A stretch of DNA of 26,062 bases, taken from positions 1 to 26,062 of the IMG/VR virus record IMGVR_UViG_3300020414_000261. One strand, given 5' to 3'. The DNA comes from a virus (Duplodnaviria > Caudoviricetes). The notes below the pieces were generated by a model. That model saw only the letters and a list, made by a program, of their open reading frames with translations, searched no databases and was not told the origin of the DNA. A program made the translations under genes and the position numbers. Positions within the stretch are counted from its first letter, which is position 1. Every line of letters begins with the position of its first letter. This document shows positions 1 through 7,523 of this stretch, one piece after another.

Positions 1-31
1 CAACTTTTATTCTATTACCAACAGCAGGCAT
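1..31 (-). CDS. 5' end of probable tail fibre/tail protein (MPAVGNRIKV..., runs off window)
   Basis: ATG at 31-29 preceded by AAGGA; frame open to the window edge; follows adaptor and small tail gene. Confidence 0.5.
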   Translation of the reverse strand, partial: MPAVGNRIKV

Positions 32-41
32 ATTTTAATCC

Positions 42-413
42 TTATGCAGGGTCTGGTATGCCGATATCTAAGGCTTGCAAACTAAATGTGTTACCTGCAG
101 CAACAGATTGTGGCGTTGTTAAAGAACCAGTTGCTAATAATCTTGTGTTGCTTACATCTGTTATTGCATAGTGTGTTGCGCTGCCTGTTCCAGTAACACT
201 TGCACCTGATATTGCTGAAAGTGTGACTTTACGTCCACCACCAGTTCGATCTGCAGGGGCTGATATGCTTATGCTTGTTGTGTTTCCAAGTGTATATGTA
301 CTTGTTGCTTCTGCATAGCTTGTTGCCTCTTGTGACGTAATGTCTACCCTCGATGCCTCAGTATCGAGAACAGTCAAGCCGTTATCCAATACTCTGTCGC
401 CTATACTTGCCAT
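42..413 (-). CDS. small Thr/Ser/Gly-rich virion (tail-associated) protein
   Basis: 123 aa, beta-rich composition, AGGAG RBS in end of upstream gene, directly after head-tail adaptor. Confidence 0.6.
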   Translation of the reverse strand: MASIGDRVLDNGLTVLDTEASRVDITSQEATSYAEATSTYTLGNTTSISISAPADRTGGGRKVTLSAISGASVTGTGSATHYAITDVSNTRLLATGSLTTPQSVAAGNTFSLQALDIGIPDPA

Positions 414-1034
414 TTAATAACTCCTTATTTTAATTCTACGACCATCAGCCGCTGTTTTAGATTTTACCGCATCAAAATTAATATCGTCAATTGCCTTTCT
501 GTAAAATGCACCCCAAGTTTGTATTCTTTGATCTTCCATTAGATACGGTGCCGAGTGTAATAGTGAACCGTATAAATAAGCATTAGGATAATACTGCAAA
601 ACCCAATTTGATGTATTTACATTGTTTAATGCATCTAAATTTTCATAATAAAGTAATTCCAAAGTGTATGTTGTGTCTGGTGTTGGAAATACTTCTATTG
701 AACCATCAATAATAGTATATTCTGTTGGTCTACCTGACGCATTATTATTAGCTGCTCTTAAATCAGTTATAGTTTTACTGTCTGTTTGCGATAAACTGCT
801 GATTTGTGAACCTGTTATTGCAAATCTAACAGGCTGTATAAAGTCTGTAGGAACAGCTGTATATTGACTATCAAGACTTGCTGTTGCTCTTTTTTCCATG
901 CGCCAATGCCGCAATTCAGCATTCATTTGCGCTTCAGCTAATGTAATAAAATCTGGTATTTTTGCAGTCAAATCATCGCGGTTTAAAAATTCTGCTATGG
1001 AAGTTTGCAATTCTGCATAAGTTGTTAAAGCCAT
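414..1034 (-). CDS. head-tail adaptor (podovirus SU10/BPP-1-like)
   Basis: MALTTYAELQTSIAEFLNRDDL..IPDFITLAEA, GRP..Y, FPTPD..Y, NWVL..YP..YLYGSL motifs typical of this adaptor family. Confidence 0.8.
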   Translation of the reverse strand: MALTTYAELQTSIAEFLNRDDLTAKIPDFITLAEAQMNAELRHWRMEKRATASLDSQYTAVPTDFIQPVRFAITGSQISSLSQTDSKTITDLRAANNNASGRPTEYTIIDGSIEVFPTPDTTYTLELLYYENLDALNNVNTSNWVLQYYPNAYLYGSLLHSAPYLMEDQRIQTWGAFYRKAIDDINFDAVKSKTAADGRRIKIRSY

Positions 1035-1038
1035 TATT

Positions 1039-1299
1039 TCACCATTTTACTTTGTTTGCCCAATATGCTGCAGACATTTTGCCTTTAGCTATATTTTTAG
1101 CATGTCTTGCCTTAAATGACTTAGCTCGTTTCGTCATGGTTTTATCACCAGTTTTACCTTGTTGACCAAAGCGAATAGTTTTAATTTTACTACCTTCTTT
1201 TGCAACAACAATGTGGGATTTTTTAGGGTGGCTAGGGGTACGTTTAGGCTTGTTGTATCCGCTAACTCCTGCTCGTTTTAGTCTAGGGTCTTTTGCCAT
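1039..1299 (-). CDS. small highly basic phage protein (RFGQQG...SFKARH...SAAYWA family), probable nucleic-acid binding
   Basis: 86 aa, K/R-rich, motif pattern recurrent in aquatic phages. Confidence 0.75.
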   Translation of the reverse strand: MAKDPRLKRAGVSGYNKPKRTPSHPKKSHIVVAKEGSKIKTIRFGQQGKTGDKTMTKRAKSFKARHAKNIAKGKMSAAYWANKVKW

Positions 1300-1300
1300 T

Positions 1301-1678
1301 CTATGGCCTATTTAAATAGTTTACATATGCTTTCATCATAATGTCAAATGAAGGTTCTATTCCACGCTCTAAAAATATAGGTTCAGCAAATGTTTCAAAT
1401 TCTTCAAATGTTATGTCGTCTAAAATTATTTCTGAAATAGGTATTTCTTCCCTCTTCAAACCAGAAAAATCATCTTGCCGCATCGAAGCATCTGACATTA
1501 TACCGCTTTGCAGCTGATTAATCATATTAGACATGTTATCAGCTTTTCTACGCTGTGAGCCTATAGGTTTTGCAAAAGCATTGGCTAATGAACTTAATAA
1601 ACCGCCGCCTTGAAATGAAGAACCCGAGCGACCTGCACCGCCGCCATCAAACATGTCTAATAAACTAGTGTAAGCCAT
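1301..1678 (-). CDS. hypothetical protein, Gly-rich N-terminus (DMFDGGG) and acidic C-terminus; possible internal virion protein
   Basis: 125 aa, abuts neighbours on both sides in the late operon. Confidence 0.7.
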   Translation of the reverse strand: MAYTSLLDMFDGGGAGRSGSSFQGGGLLSSLANAFAKPIGSQRRKADNMSNMINQLQSGIMSDASMRQDDFSGLKREEIPISEIILDDITFEEFETFAEPIFLERGIEPSFDIMMKAYVNYLNRP

Positions 1679-1762
1679 TTATTTTTTTTTGCCTTTTTTC
1701 TTCTTTTTCTTTTTTGGTGGTCTTCCAACTTTTGAACCGTAAGTTCCTTTACCCATAGGCAT
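1679..1762 (-). CDS. 27 aa AT-hook-like poly-lysine peptide MPMGKGTYGSKVGRPPKKKKKKKGKKK
   Basis: Not in ORF track; translated by hand. TAATG coupling with upstream gene, stop abuts next ATG, fills the gap exactly. Confidence 0.75.
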   Translation of the reverse strand: MPMGKGTYGSKVGRPPKKKKKKKGKKK

Positions 1763-2001
1763 TATTCTTTCCTTTCTTTTAATAAATCTAATACTTGGTT
1801 TGGATCATAATAAGGGTTTATAAACTCATGTTCGTTTCTTGTAACATGATATCGTAAACCCTCTTTTAATAAATACATCTTGTCATCATCTGACATTTCA
1901 GGAAAACCTAAACTTTGCCCGTAAACAAAAATCTTATCTTCGTCTGACATGTCATTAGGGAAACCATTTGCAGGCGTTATATGATCTATCGTCAGTGTCA
2001 T
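1762..2001 (-). CDS. small acidic hypothetical protein with duplicated GFP..MSD.DK motif
   Basis: 79 aa, ATGA overlap with upstream gene and TAATG with downstream gene. Confidence 0.7.
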   Translation of the reverse strand: MTLTIDHITPANGFPNDMSDEDKIFVYGQSLGFPEMSDDDKMYLLKEGLRYHVTRNEHEFINPYYDPNQVLDLLKERKE

Positions 2002-2174
2002 TTCTTTTTCTTTTTCTTCATGGCTCTTAGGTTATCAACCATATTAGGGTAGGGTCGACCCGCTTTAGCAGCTGTGCGTTTTGCCTTTGCTTTCTGGGCC
2101 GCAGTCATTTTTTTGCGTTTACTCTTGGGGGTGGGGTTCTTACTTTCCCAGACTTTTTTTGTCTTTTTTGCCAT
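1998..2174 (-). CDS. 58 aa histone-H1/protamine-like basic protein MAKKTKKVWESKNPTPKSKRKKMTAAQKAKAKRTAAKAGRPYPNMVDNLRAMKKKKKK
   Basis: Not in ORF track; strong AGGAGG RBS, ATGA overlap with next gene. Confidence 0.85.
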   Translation of the reverse strand: MAKKTKKVWESKNPTPKSKRKKMTAAQKAKAKRTAAKAGRPYPNMVDNLRAMKKKKKK

Positions 2175-2194
2175 GTCGACCCTCCTATATAAAA

Positions 2195-2212
2195 TCTCTA
2201 TAACATATAAAT
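2195..2212 (-). promoter_or_regulatory. putative late promoter, extended -10 (TATGTTATAGAGA)
   Basis: Intergenic; near-identical motif at 4008-4021 and 25108-25123, all on the minus strand upstream of transcription units. Confidence 0.5.
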
Positions 2213-2217
2213 TTAAT

Positions 2218-3480
2218 TTACGCTATACCCTTCAGATTTCGTTTTATAGGTTCGCCCCAATCTTTTATTGGTCTATAACCAACTGCTAAATATCTAAAAC
2301 TATCTGCTCCATGTGATGTCCAGTCATGCAGCGGTCGGCCTCGCCAAGACTTTAGTTTTTCATCAAATTCTCTACGATATTGTAATAACGCTTCTATGCC
2401 TCGTTCACACTTTTCAGCATCAAACCAACATCTATTAAGCATAGACCGTGTTGCTTGTATGCCATCATCAACACTTAATCTCGGTGCAATTTCTATATTG
2501 TAAATGCCTAAATTTTCTAATGTTTCTAATCTGCTTTTGCCTGTGCCTAATTCTTTAACTCTTACATCATGAGGCAAAATATGTGCTTCATAGTTATATG
2601 CTTTTTCATTTAATATTTTTGCATAGTGGTCTAAACCTACACCGCTATTTTCATAATAATCTATTAGATGTATTTCTTGCCCTATGAATTGAGCAAACCA
2701 TAAAGCTGTACTGTCACCTATTCCCAAGTCATAACTTACAATAACACTAGCAGAAGGATCATAAGGAACAGTTGTAATTCTTTCTTCTGTTTTTGCTGTC
2801 TTCATTTCTTGTGCATAATATGCACCTTGTATTGCAGCCTCAAAACTACACAAAAACTCTTGAGCGTAACGATCTTCGCCCATTGTAATTCTAGCTTCAT
2901 CTAATTCTTTTGGATCTAATATATCTGTTTCATCAGCTTTATAGATTGCACAAAACCAATTTTTATTTGTTTTAGCATTGTTGAATATTTCCCAAAATTC
3001 ATTTTTTCCTTTTGGAGTACCTATAAATGTTGCTTTACCCTGTCTGTCTGCTAGTGACGGTCGAATAACTGTCGGCCAAGCATTTGCAGGAAAATCTGCA
3101 GGTTCATCTAAAACAACACTGTCAAAATACAAACCACGCATAGCATCATAATTATCTGCACCAAATAAACGAAACCTTGCACCGTTTGGGAAATCTGCTC
3201 TTAATTCAGCAACATTGTATCTAACGCCTTCTATATCTTTTGTGTATTCTAAAAGATAATCCCACGCTATCGCTTTTGCTTGTCTGTAATATGGAGCAAT
3301 GTAAGCAACTCTTACATTTTTTCTATTTGTTGTTAATGCCGTTTTAATTAAATCATTTATAGCTGCAACTGTTTTGCCAAATCTCCGGTGTGCAACAATA
3401 ACAGCAAATCTTTCTTTTCTTTTGTGAAAGCTTTTTACTAATTGTCTTGGTCTGTAATTAATCGTCCTCGTCGTCATCAT
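2218..3480 (-). CDS. terL: terminase large subunit
   Basis: Walker A HRRFGKT, Walker B VVLDE, motif III GTPKG, RNaseH-like nuclease DLGIGD...SHGADSFRY. Confidence 0.95.
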   Translation of the reverse strand: MMTTRTINYRPRQLVKSFHKRKERFAVIVAHRRFGKTVAAINDLIKTALTTNRKNVRVAYIAPYYRQAKAIAWDYLLEYTKDIEGVRYNVAELRADFPNGARFRLFGADNYDAMRGLYFDSVVLDEPADFPANAWPTVIRPSLADRQGKATFIGTPKGKNEFWEIFNNAKTNKNWFCAIYKADETDILDPKELDEARITMGEDRYAQEFLCSFEAAIQGAYYAQEMKTAKTEERITTVPYDPSASVIVSYDLGIGDSTALWFAQFIGQEIHLIDYYENSGVGLDHYAKILNEKAYNYEAHILPHDVRVKELGTGKSRLETLENLGIYNIEIAPRLSVDDGIQATRSMLNRCWFDAEKCERGIEALLQYRREFDEKLKSWRGRPLHDWTSHGADSFRYLAVGYRPIKDWGEPIKRNLKGIA

Positions 3481-3832
3481 CTAACCATTTATAAGCAACG
3501 ACATGTTCACCAGTATCCCCTGCACCCTCAATACGTTGTGTTTCTTTCCATCCTGCCCTTGTTTTTAAATAAAATATTTGTGCGCCGAGATCACCATTTC
3601 TTGCTTTTTGAATAAGATTTTGTGCCACAAAACCAACAGCTTTTGCTTGCCCCTTTTTATATAGTGCAGAAACCTCCTCATCCCTGTCCAATATGTCAAA
3701 GAAAACCCGTCTACTAATACCGAAATAATCAGCTATTTGTTCTGTATTCAAAACGGCTGCAAGCGTTTCTATTTCTTGTTTTTGTTCAGGATTTAATTCA
3801 ATCCTTGGTCTGCCACCTTTATTTTTTGTCAT
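3458..3832 (-). CDS. terS: terminase small subunit (alternative start 3859)
   Basis: GGRP N-terminus, HTH (EQIADYFGISRRVF), AQIFYLKTRAGWKE motif, overlaps terL start. Confidence 0.85.
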   Translation of the reverse strand: MTKNKGGRPRIELNPEQKQEIETLAAVLNTEQIADYFGISRRVFFDILDRDEEVSALYKKGQAKAVGFVAQNLIQKARNGDLGAQIFYLKTRAGWKETQRIEGAGDTGEHVVAYKWLDDDDEDD

Positions 3833-3889
3833 GGCAATGCTCGTTCCAAGACCGTCCATTCATGGGTGCGCCCTTTCTGTTGCTTGTGT

Positions 3890-3917
3890 ATTATACTGAA
3901 AAAAATCCCCCGCGCAA
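3890..3917 (-). promoter_or_regulatory. sigma70-like promoter for terS-terL (TTGCGC-16-TATAAT) overlapping upstream terminator
   Basis: Perfect TATAAT at 3895-3890; TTG-type -35 lies inside the terminator hairpin. Confidence 0.45.
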
Positions 3918-3926
3918 GGCAGGGGA
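3899..3926 (-). terminator. intrinsic terminator
   Basis: TCCCCTGC-cttgc-GCGGGGGA followed by T7 on the minus strand. Confidence 0.8.
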
Positions 3927-4004
3927 AGTTGGTGAGGTATGATCGTCCGTAAAAAAGCAGTATAAAGCGGATCAATCCAACAGGGAGGAGTTGGAAAACC
4001 TCAC
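3899..4004 (-). ncRNA. putative ~105 nt small RNA with CUCCUCCC anti-SD loop (cuckoo/alpha-r14/CcsR-like motif)
   Basis: Extended -10 at 4018-4009; outer stem GUGAGGU/ACCUCAC; hairpin UCCAAC-uccucccu-GUUGGA; ends in terminator. Confidence 0.6.
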
Positions 4005-4007
4005 GAC

Positions 4008-4021
4008 CTGTATAACACAAT
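4008..4021 (-). promoter_or_regulatory. putative extended -10 promoter (TGTGTTATACAG) of the sRNA
   Basis: Same motif family as 2195-2212 and 25108-25123; predicted +1 falls at the start of the RNA stem. Confidence 0.5.
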
Positions 4022-4483
4022 TTAATCATTTTTCATACGTTTCAAGTATTCTTTATATGGTTCTAGTTGCTTTTCTGCCACAAGACCCGCCCTAACCATC
4101 TGCTCCGCCATTGCCCCCATTACATAATTTTCACCTACTGGCTCATTGTTATTTATTCTATTTGCGTTTATTTTCAATTCATTAGGCTGATATTTTTCAG
4201 GCGCAAGTTCCCTAAATTCAGGTCGTTTCGGAGCAATTGTTTTTGCCGCTTTGCTTATTTCTTTTGCTGTCGGCCACGTTCTAGTTTCTAGATTACTTAA
4301 TAATGTTGTTTCGAAATCAACAAACCATTCATTATAATTTCTGCTTGGAGCCAATTTTATAATCTGATTGCATAAAAACTCTGCTTCGCTTTTCATGCTT
4401 TCATCATTGTTCTGCACTGCCCTAGGTGCATTTAATCTGCCTAGCATTTTTAGTGTTTTTGTTTTTAATTCTTCATTTCGCAT
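4022..4483 (-). CDS. replication accessory protein, possible helicase loader/inhibitor
   Basis: Overlaps the end of the initiator (lambda P position); TWPTAKEI resembles the (F/W)PT.AEI motif of G39P-like loaders. Confidence 0.5.
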   Translation of the reverse strand: MRNEELKTKTLKMLGRLNAPRAVQNNDESMKSEAEFLCNQIIKLAPSRNYNEWFVDFETTLLSNLETRTWPTAKEISKAAKTIAPKRPEFRELAPEKYQPNELKINANRINNNEPVGENYVMGAMAEQMVRAGLVAEKQLEPYKEYLKRMKND

Positions 4484-5174
4484 TTAACATCTCGCTTAAA
4501 ACTGTTTTTTGTAAATCTAAATTATTATTTGGCTGCGCGTATTCATCATTCCAACGCTCCTGATTTAACCATGTACTAGCATGGGGAATAAACTCTTTTT
4601 TTGTATCTCTGTGTATTTCTACAAATATATTCAATTTTTCCATCATTGGCTCAAAATCTATTTTAGTTAATGCTCTTGCAAAAACTTTTTGCGCCGCCGC
4701 TTTAGCCGTTTTTCTTGGATATGTTTCCCAAAACTTATTAAACTGTTCAACAACCACATCAATAGAACGTACTAATATAATAGGTTCAGTGGATGGTTCT
4801 TTGGGTGGTTTGGGTGAACCGTGTGCAGGGGTACTACTGAATGTCATTCCGTGGTAGGGGTGAACGTCATTCAGGGGTGGTCTAGTTGAAGGTAATTGGC
4901 TAACTATTTGTAAATTAATTTGATAATCTATTGTGTAACCGTGACGACACTCTTTTTGCCCTGTTACCTTTAAAACACCCATTGCCAACATTTCTTTTAT
5001 ATGCTGACGAACAGCGCGACTAGACATTTCTAAGTCCGCTGCCATATTGCCTTTGCTTACCCAAATACCGCTGCCATCGTCACTTGCTTTGTCGGCCATA
5101 TACATTAAAATTGCTTTTTTTGTTGGCGAACCAATTAATTTTGTTTGAATTACATTTGAAACTAGATTACTCAT
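4473..5174 (-). CDS. phage replication initiator (lambda O-like, N-terminal wHTH)
   Basis: KAILMYMADKASDDG..W + HTH; Pro-rich linker with iterons; C-terminal FWETYPRK..K....K and FIPHASTWLNQERWNDE; AAGGAG RBS. Confidence 0.85.
   Translation of the reverse strand: MSNLVSNVIQTKLIGSPTKKAILMYMADKASDDGSGIWVSKGNMAADLEMSSRAVRQHIKEMLAMGVLKVTGQKECRHGYTIDYQINLQIVSQLPSTRPPLNDVHPYHGMTFSSTPAHGSPKPPKEPSTEPIILVRSIDVVVEQFNKFWETYPRKTAKAAAQKVFARALTKIDFEPMMEKLNIFVEIHRDTKKEFIPHASTWLNQERWNDEYAQPNNNLDLQKTVLSEMLNAK
4815..4879. repeat. three iterons at 23 bp period (replication origin)
   Basis: TGAACCGTGTGCAGGGGTA (4815), TGAATGTCATTCCGTGGTA (4838), TGAACGTCATTCAGGGGTG (4861); palindromic TGAA-N5-TTCA core; short AT-rich tract near 4773-4782. 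Confidence 0.75.
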
Positions 5175-5235
5175 TGTTCAAGATTACTCCTTGTAGTCTG
5201 TAGTATTAGTATAATACTTCTTCTTTATTGCTCAT

Positions 5236-5272
5236 AACCCTCGGAGTTTTTTAGCTTCGGGGGTTTAATTAT
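5236..5272 (+). terminator. hairpin/terminator of a putative antisense (OOP-like) RNA
   Basis: AACCCTCGGAG...CTTCGGGGGTT pairs fully (two G-U) only on the plus strand, followed by TAATTATT; TATAAT at 5210-5215. Confidence 0.5.
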
Positions 5273-5448
5273 TCTTGCAAATAATCAGACAATCTTTCAA
5301 CTGTAGAAAACTTTGGATCTGTTTCATTGTTAATAATTTGATATAAAACGGGCCTTGATACATTAGCATTTTTTGCAACAGCCGTTAAGTTTCTATCTCT
5401 TAACTTGTGTCTAATTTCCTCAAGACTTAATACAACCTTATTTTCCAT
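5269..5448 (-). CDS. Cro/XRE-family HTH regulator, 59 aa (MENKVVLSLEEIRHKLRDRNLTAVAKNANVSRPVLYQIINNETDPKFSTVERLSDYLQE)
   Basis: Not in ORF track; AGAGG RBS; classic XRE HTH plus P..STV.RL motif; upstream of initiator. Confidence 0.9.
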   Translation of the reverse strand: MENKVVLSLEEIRHKLRDRNLTAVAKNANVSRPVLYQIINNETDPKFSTVERLSDYLQE

Positions 5449-5485
5449 TTAAACCTCTTATTGTTTACATTTCGTTATTTTCTTC

Positions 5486-5517
5486 TTTACAGTACACAAA
5501 AAATTAAGTAAAGTCAA
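5486..5517. promoter_or_regulatory. fully overlapping divergent sigma70 promoters
   Basis: Plus: TTTACA(5486)-17-TAAAGT(5509). Minus: TTGACT(5517)-17-TACTGT(5494) with extended TG. Confidence 0.7.
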
Positions 5518-5541
5518 AAAATAGCAAAAAGGAGAAATTAT

Positions 5542-5775
5542 ATGGATACTAAAAAGCGTCCACCACAAGTTGCTGTTAAACACGCTATAACAGCTGCAGT
5601 TTTAGAATATACTAAAAAGCTATCAAATACTGATGCTCCAAAGCATGAGTATTTCCCTAATGGTTGGCATAAAATTATCGAGAAAGCTATAGATAAAGCT
5701 TACGACGATTATGAAAATTCTGAAATGGGTAAAATAGAAGTACAATTAGAAAGGCTATCAAATGCCTTTAAATAA
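5542..5775 (+). CDS. hypothetical protein
   Basis: 77 aa, AAGGAG RBS, first gene behind the rightward promoter. Confidence 0.75.
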   Translation: MDTKKRPPQVAVKHAITAAVLEYTKKLSNTDAPKHEYFPNGWHKIIEKAIDKAYDDYENSEMGKIEVQLERLSNAFK

Positions 5776-5814
5776 ATTTGATTTTATTAAAGAAAAAACT
5801 GAGAAAGAAAGAAA

Positions 5815-6399
5815 ATGAAGAAATTACCAGAAAGATTAGTAGATTTATTAAAAGAAGTTAAACTTACTGAGGCTTCATCGACATGGGATTGTCATGGTAC
5901 GCCTGTTATATTGCATAAAGCACTAGAAAAGATTGCTGTTTATAAAGGCATTACTTTCGATGATATGAGAGTGATAGAGGGTGCAGTAAAAGAAAAGTAT
6001 GCTGTAATAAGTGTTAGAGGACACTACAAAGATGCAACTGAAGAAAGTATCGGTGAAGCATCACCATATAACAACAAAAATTCTTATCCTTATGCAATGG
6101 CAGAAAAAAGAGCAAAAGATAGAGTTATTCTAAAATTGCTTGAATTAAGTGGTGATGTTTACAGCCAAGAAGAGGCTGAAGAATTTAAATTAGCACAATC
6201 ACTAAAAGAACTTGACCCTGACATGCGACGCAACATCGAAAAATGGCGTAAAGGTTTCAAATATTGTGACAGTGAAATTGCTCTTGATGAAGCAATAGAG
6301 CAATGGAAACGATGGAGTGATAAACACGTCCAAAACAGTGACATATCACAATACGTTGAAGAAGTTTATGAAGCTAGAAAGATGGAGTTAAACCTATGA
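5815..6399 (+). CDS. putative single-strand annealing recombinase (Rad52/Sak/Red-beta superfamily-like)
   Basis: GEASP...YPYAMAEKRAKDRVILKLL..GDVYSQEEA resembles the SSAP core; helical C-terminal domain; ATGA-coupled to SSB. Confidence 0.6.
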   Translation: MKKLPERLVDLLKEVKLTEASSTWDCHGTPVILHKALEKIAVYKGITFDDMRVIEGAVKEKYAVISVRGHYKDATEESIGEASPYNNKNSYPYAMAEKRAKDRVILKLLELSGDVYSQEEAEEFKLAQSLKELDPDMRRNIEKWRKGFKYCDSEIALDEAIEQWKRWSDKHVQNSDISQYVEEVYEARKMELNL

Positions 6400-6758
6400 A
6401 AAGTATAACAGCAGTTGGTTATCTAACCAAAGATTGTGAAGTTGTAGCAAACGATAAAAGTGATTTTGTAAAATTTTCTATAGCTGTCGATGATGGCTAT
6501 GGAGAAAACAAAGGCACGATTTTTTTTGGCGTACGTTACTTCAGATTTAAAATTGCACCATATTTGCTAAAGGGTAAACTTGTGGCAGTAACAGGAGATT
6601 TAAAACGCAACGAATATGAAGGCAAAACATATTTATCTATTAATGCAACAGATGTTAAACTTTTAGGAGGTAAAAACACAGAACCTAAAAGATTAGCTGA
6701 AGGGCAAACAATAGAGAATAATAATGCTCAAGATTTTGACGATGAAATTCCATTTTAA
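6396..6758 (+). CDS. ssb: single-stranded DNA-binding protein
   Basis: OB-fold pattern G.LTKD..., YLLKGKLVAVTG.L, acidic tail DFDDEIPF. Confidence 0.93.
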   Translation: MKSITAVGYLTKDCEVVANDKSDFVKFSIAVDDGYGENKGTIFFGVRYFRFKIAPYLLKGKLVAVTGDLKRNEYEGKTYLSINATDVKLLGGKNTEPKRLAEGQTIENNNAQDFDDEIPF

Positions 6759-6772
6759 GAAAGAAGAAAGTT

Positions 6773-7135
6773 ATGATTGAAAAAAGTAGAGAAGATGAAA
6801 TTAATGAACAAGCTGAAGCATTCAGCAAACAAAACCCAGAAGTTTCTAGACTTTTTGTAAAATTTACAAAAGAAATTATTGCGAGAGGTTTTAAAAATTA
6901 TTCAGTACAAGCTATTTTTGAGCGTATTCGATGGGAAACTGATCAAGCTGATGTTGATGGAAAGTCAACTTTTAAGCTTAATAACAATTACACTCCTTGG
7001 TTTTCTAGAAAATTTATGGAGAGATATCCAGAACATGATGGGTTTTTTAGAACACGCAAACGAATAAGCGGTGAACAAACTGCAACAAATTTACCAGAAC
7101 TAACGCCTGATTATTTCGAGCAAAACTATGAGTAA
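6773..7135 (+). CDS. conserved phage hypothetical protein (FERIRWE...FKLNNNY...FFRTR family)
   Basis: 120 aa in operon, overlaps next gene. Confidence 0.75.
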   Translation: MIEKSREDEINEQAEAFSKQNPEVSRLFVKFTKEIIARGFKNYSVQAIFERIRWETDQADVDGKSTFKLNNNYTPWFSRKFMERYPEHDGFFRTRKRISGEQTATNLPELTPDYFEQNYE

Positions 7136-7523
7136 ATTAAAATTACAAGTTGTAAAAAGTGGGGGGCAGTTAATGCCCTCTACTGAGTATGATGCAGTTA
7201 AAATTGAAGAATACAAAGACAATCAAGTTTTTAATTTACAACCAACAGGCAAACGATCTAACCCACATCACAATTTATATTGGGCAACACTCAAAAATGT
7301 TTGCGATGCTACAAACAGATGGCCGACAGAACAACATTTGCACAGCGAATTGAAATGGGCGTGTGGATATGTCAAAATGAGGTGGAACAGTTTAGCAAGC
7401 GCACATATGCGTATTATGGACAGCATTTCGTTTGATGATATGAGCCAGAAAGAATTTAATGATTATTTTGAACTGTCTATGCAAAAACTATCTGAGGCTA
7501 TAGGTTATGACCCACTCGCATAA
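7128..7523 (+). CDS. NinB/DUF1367-like recombination-region protein
   Basis: KRSNPHHNLYW...LK..CG...SISFDDMSQKEFNDYF motif. Confidence 0.7.
   Translation: MSKLKLQVVKSGGQLMPSTEYDAVKIEEYKDNQVFNLQPTGKRSNPHHNLYWATLKNVCDATNRWPTEQHLHSELKWACGYVKMRWNSLASAHMRIMDSISFDDMSQKEFNDYFELSMQKLSEAIGYDPLA

Noticed and set aside
1679-1715. Poly-T tract as terminator or homopolymer sequencing artefact
   Set aside because: Reads as in-frame mixed AAA/AAG lysine codons of a coupled minus-strand ORF
3899-4004. tRNA or self-cleaving ribozyme identity for the structured RNA
   Set aside because: No T-loop/D-loop consensus and no hammerhead CUGAUGA/GAAA core
3829-4029. 66 aa minus-strand ORF
   Set aside because: Spans a promoter, structured RNA and terminator; no RBS; better explained as non-coding
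4786-4880. CRISPR-like mini-array
   Set aside because: Degenerate contiguous 23 bp repeats without spacers inside the initiator gene; fits iterons
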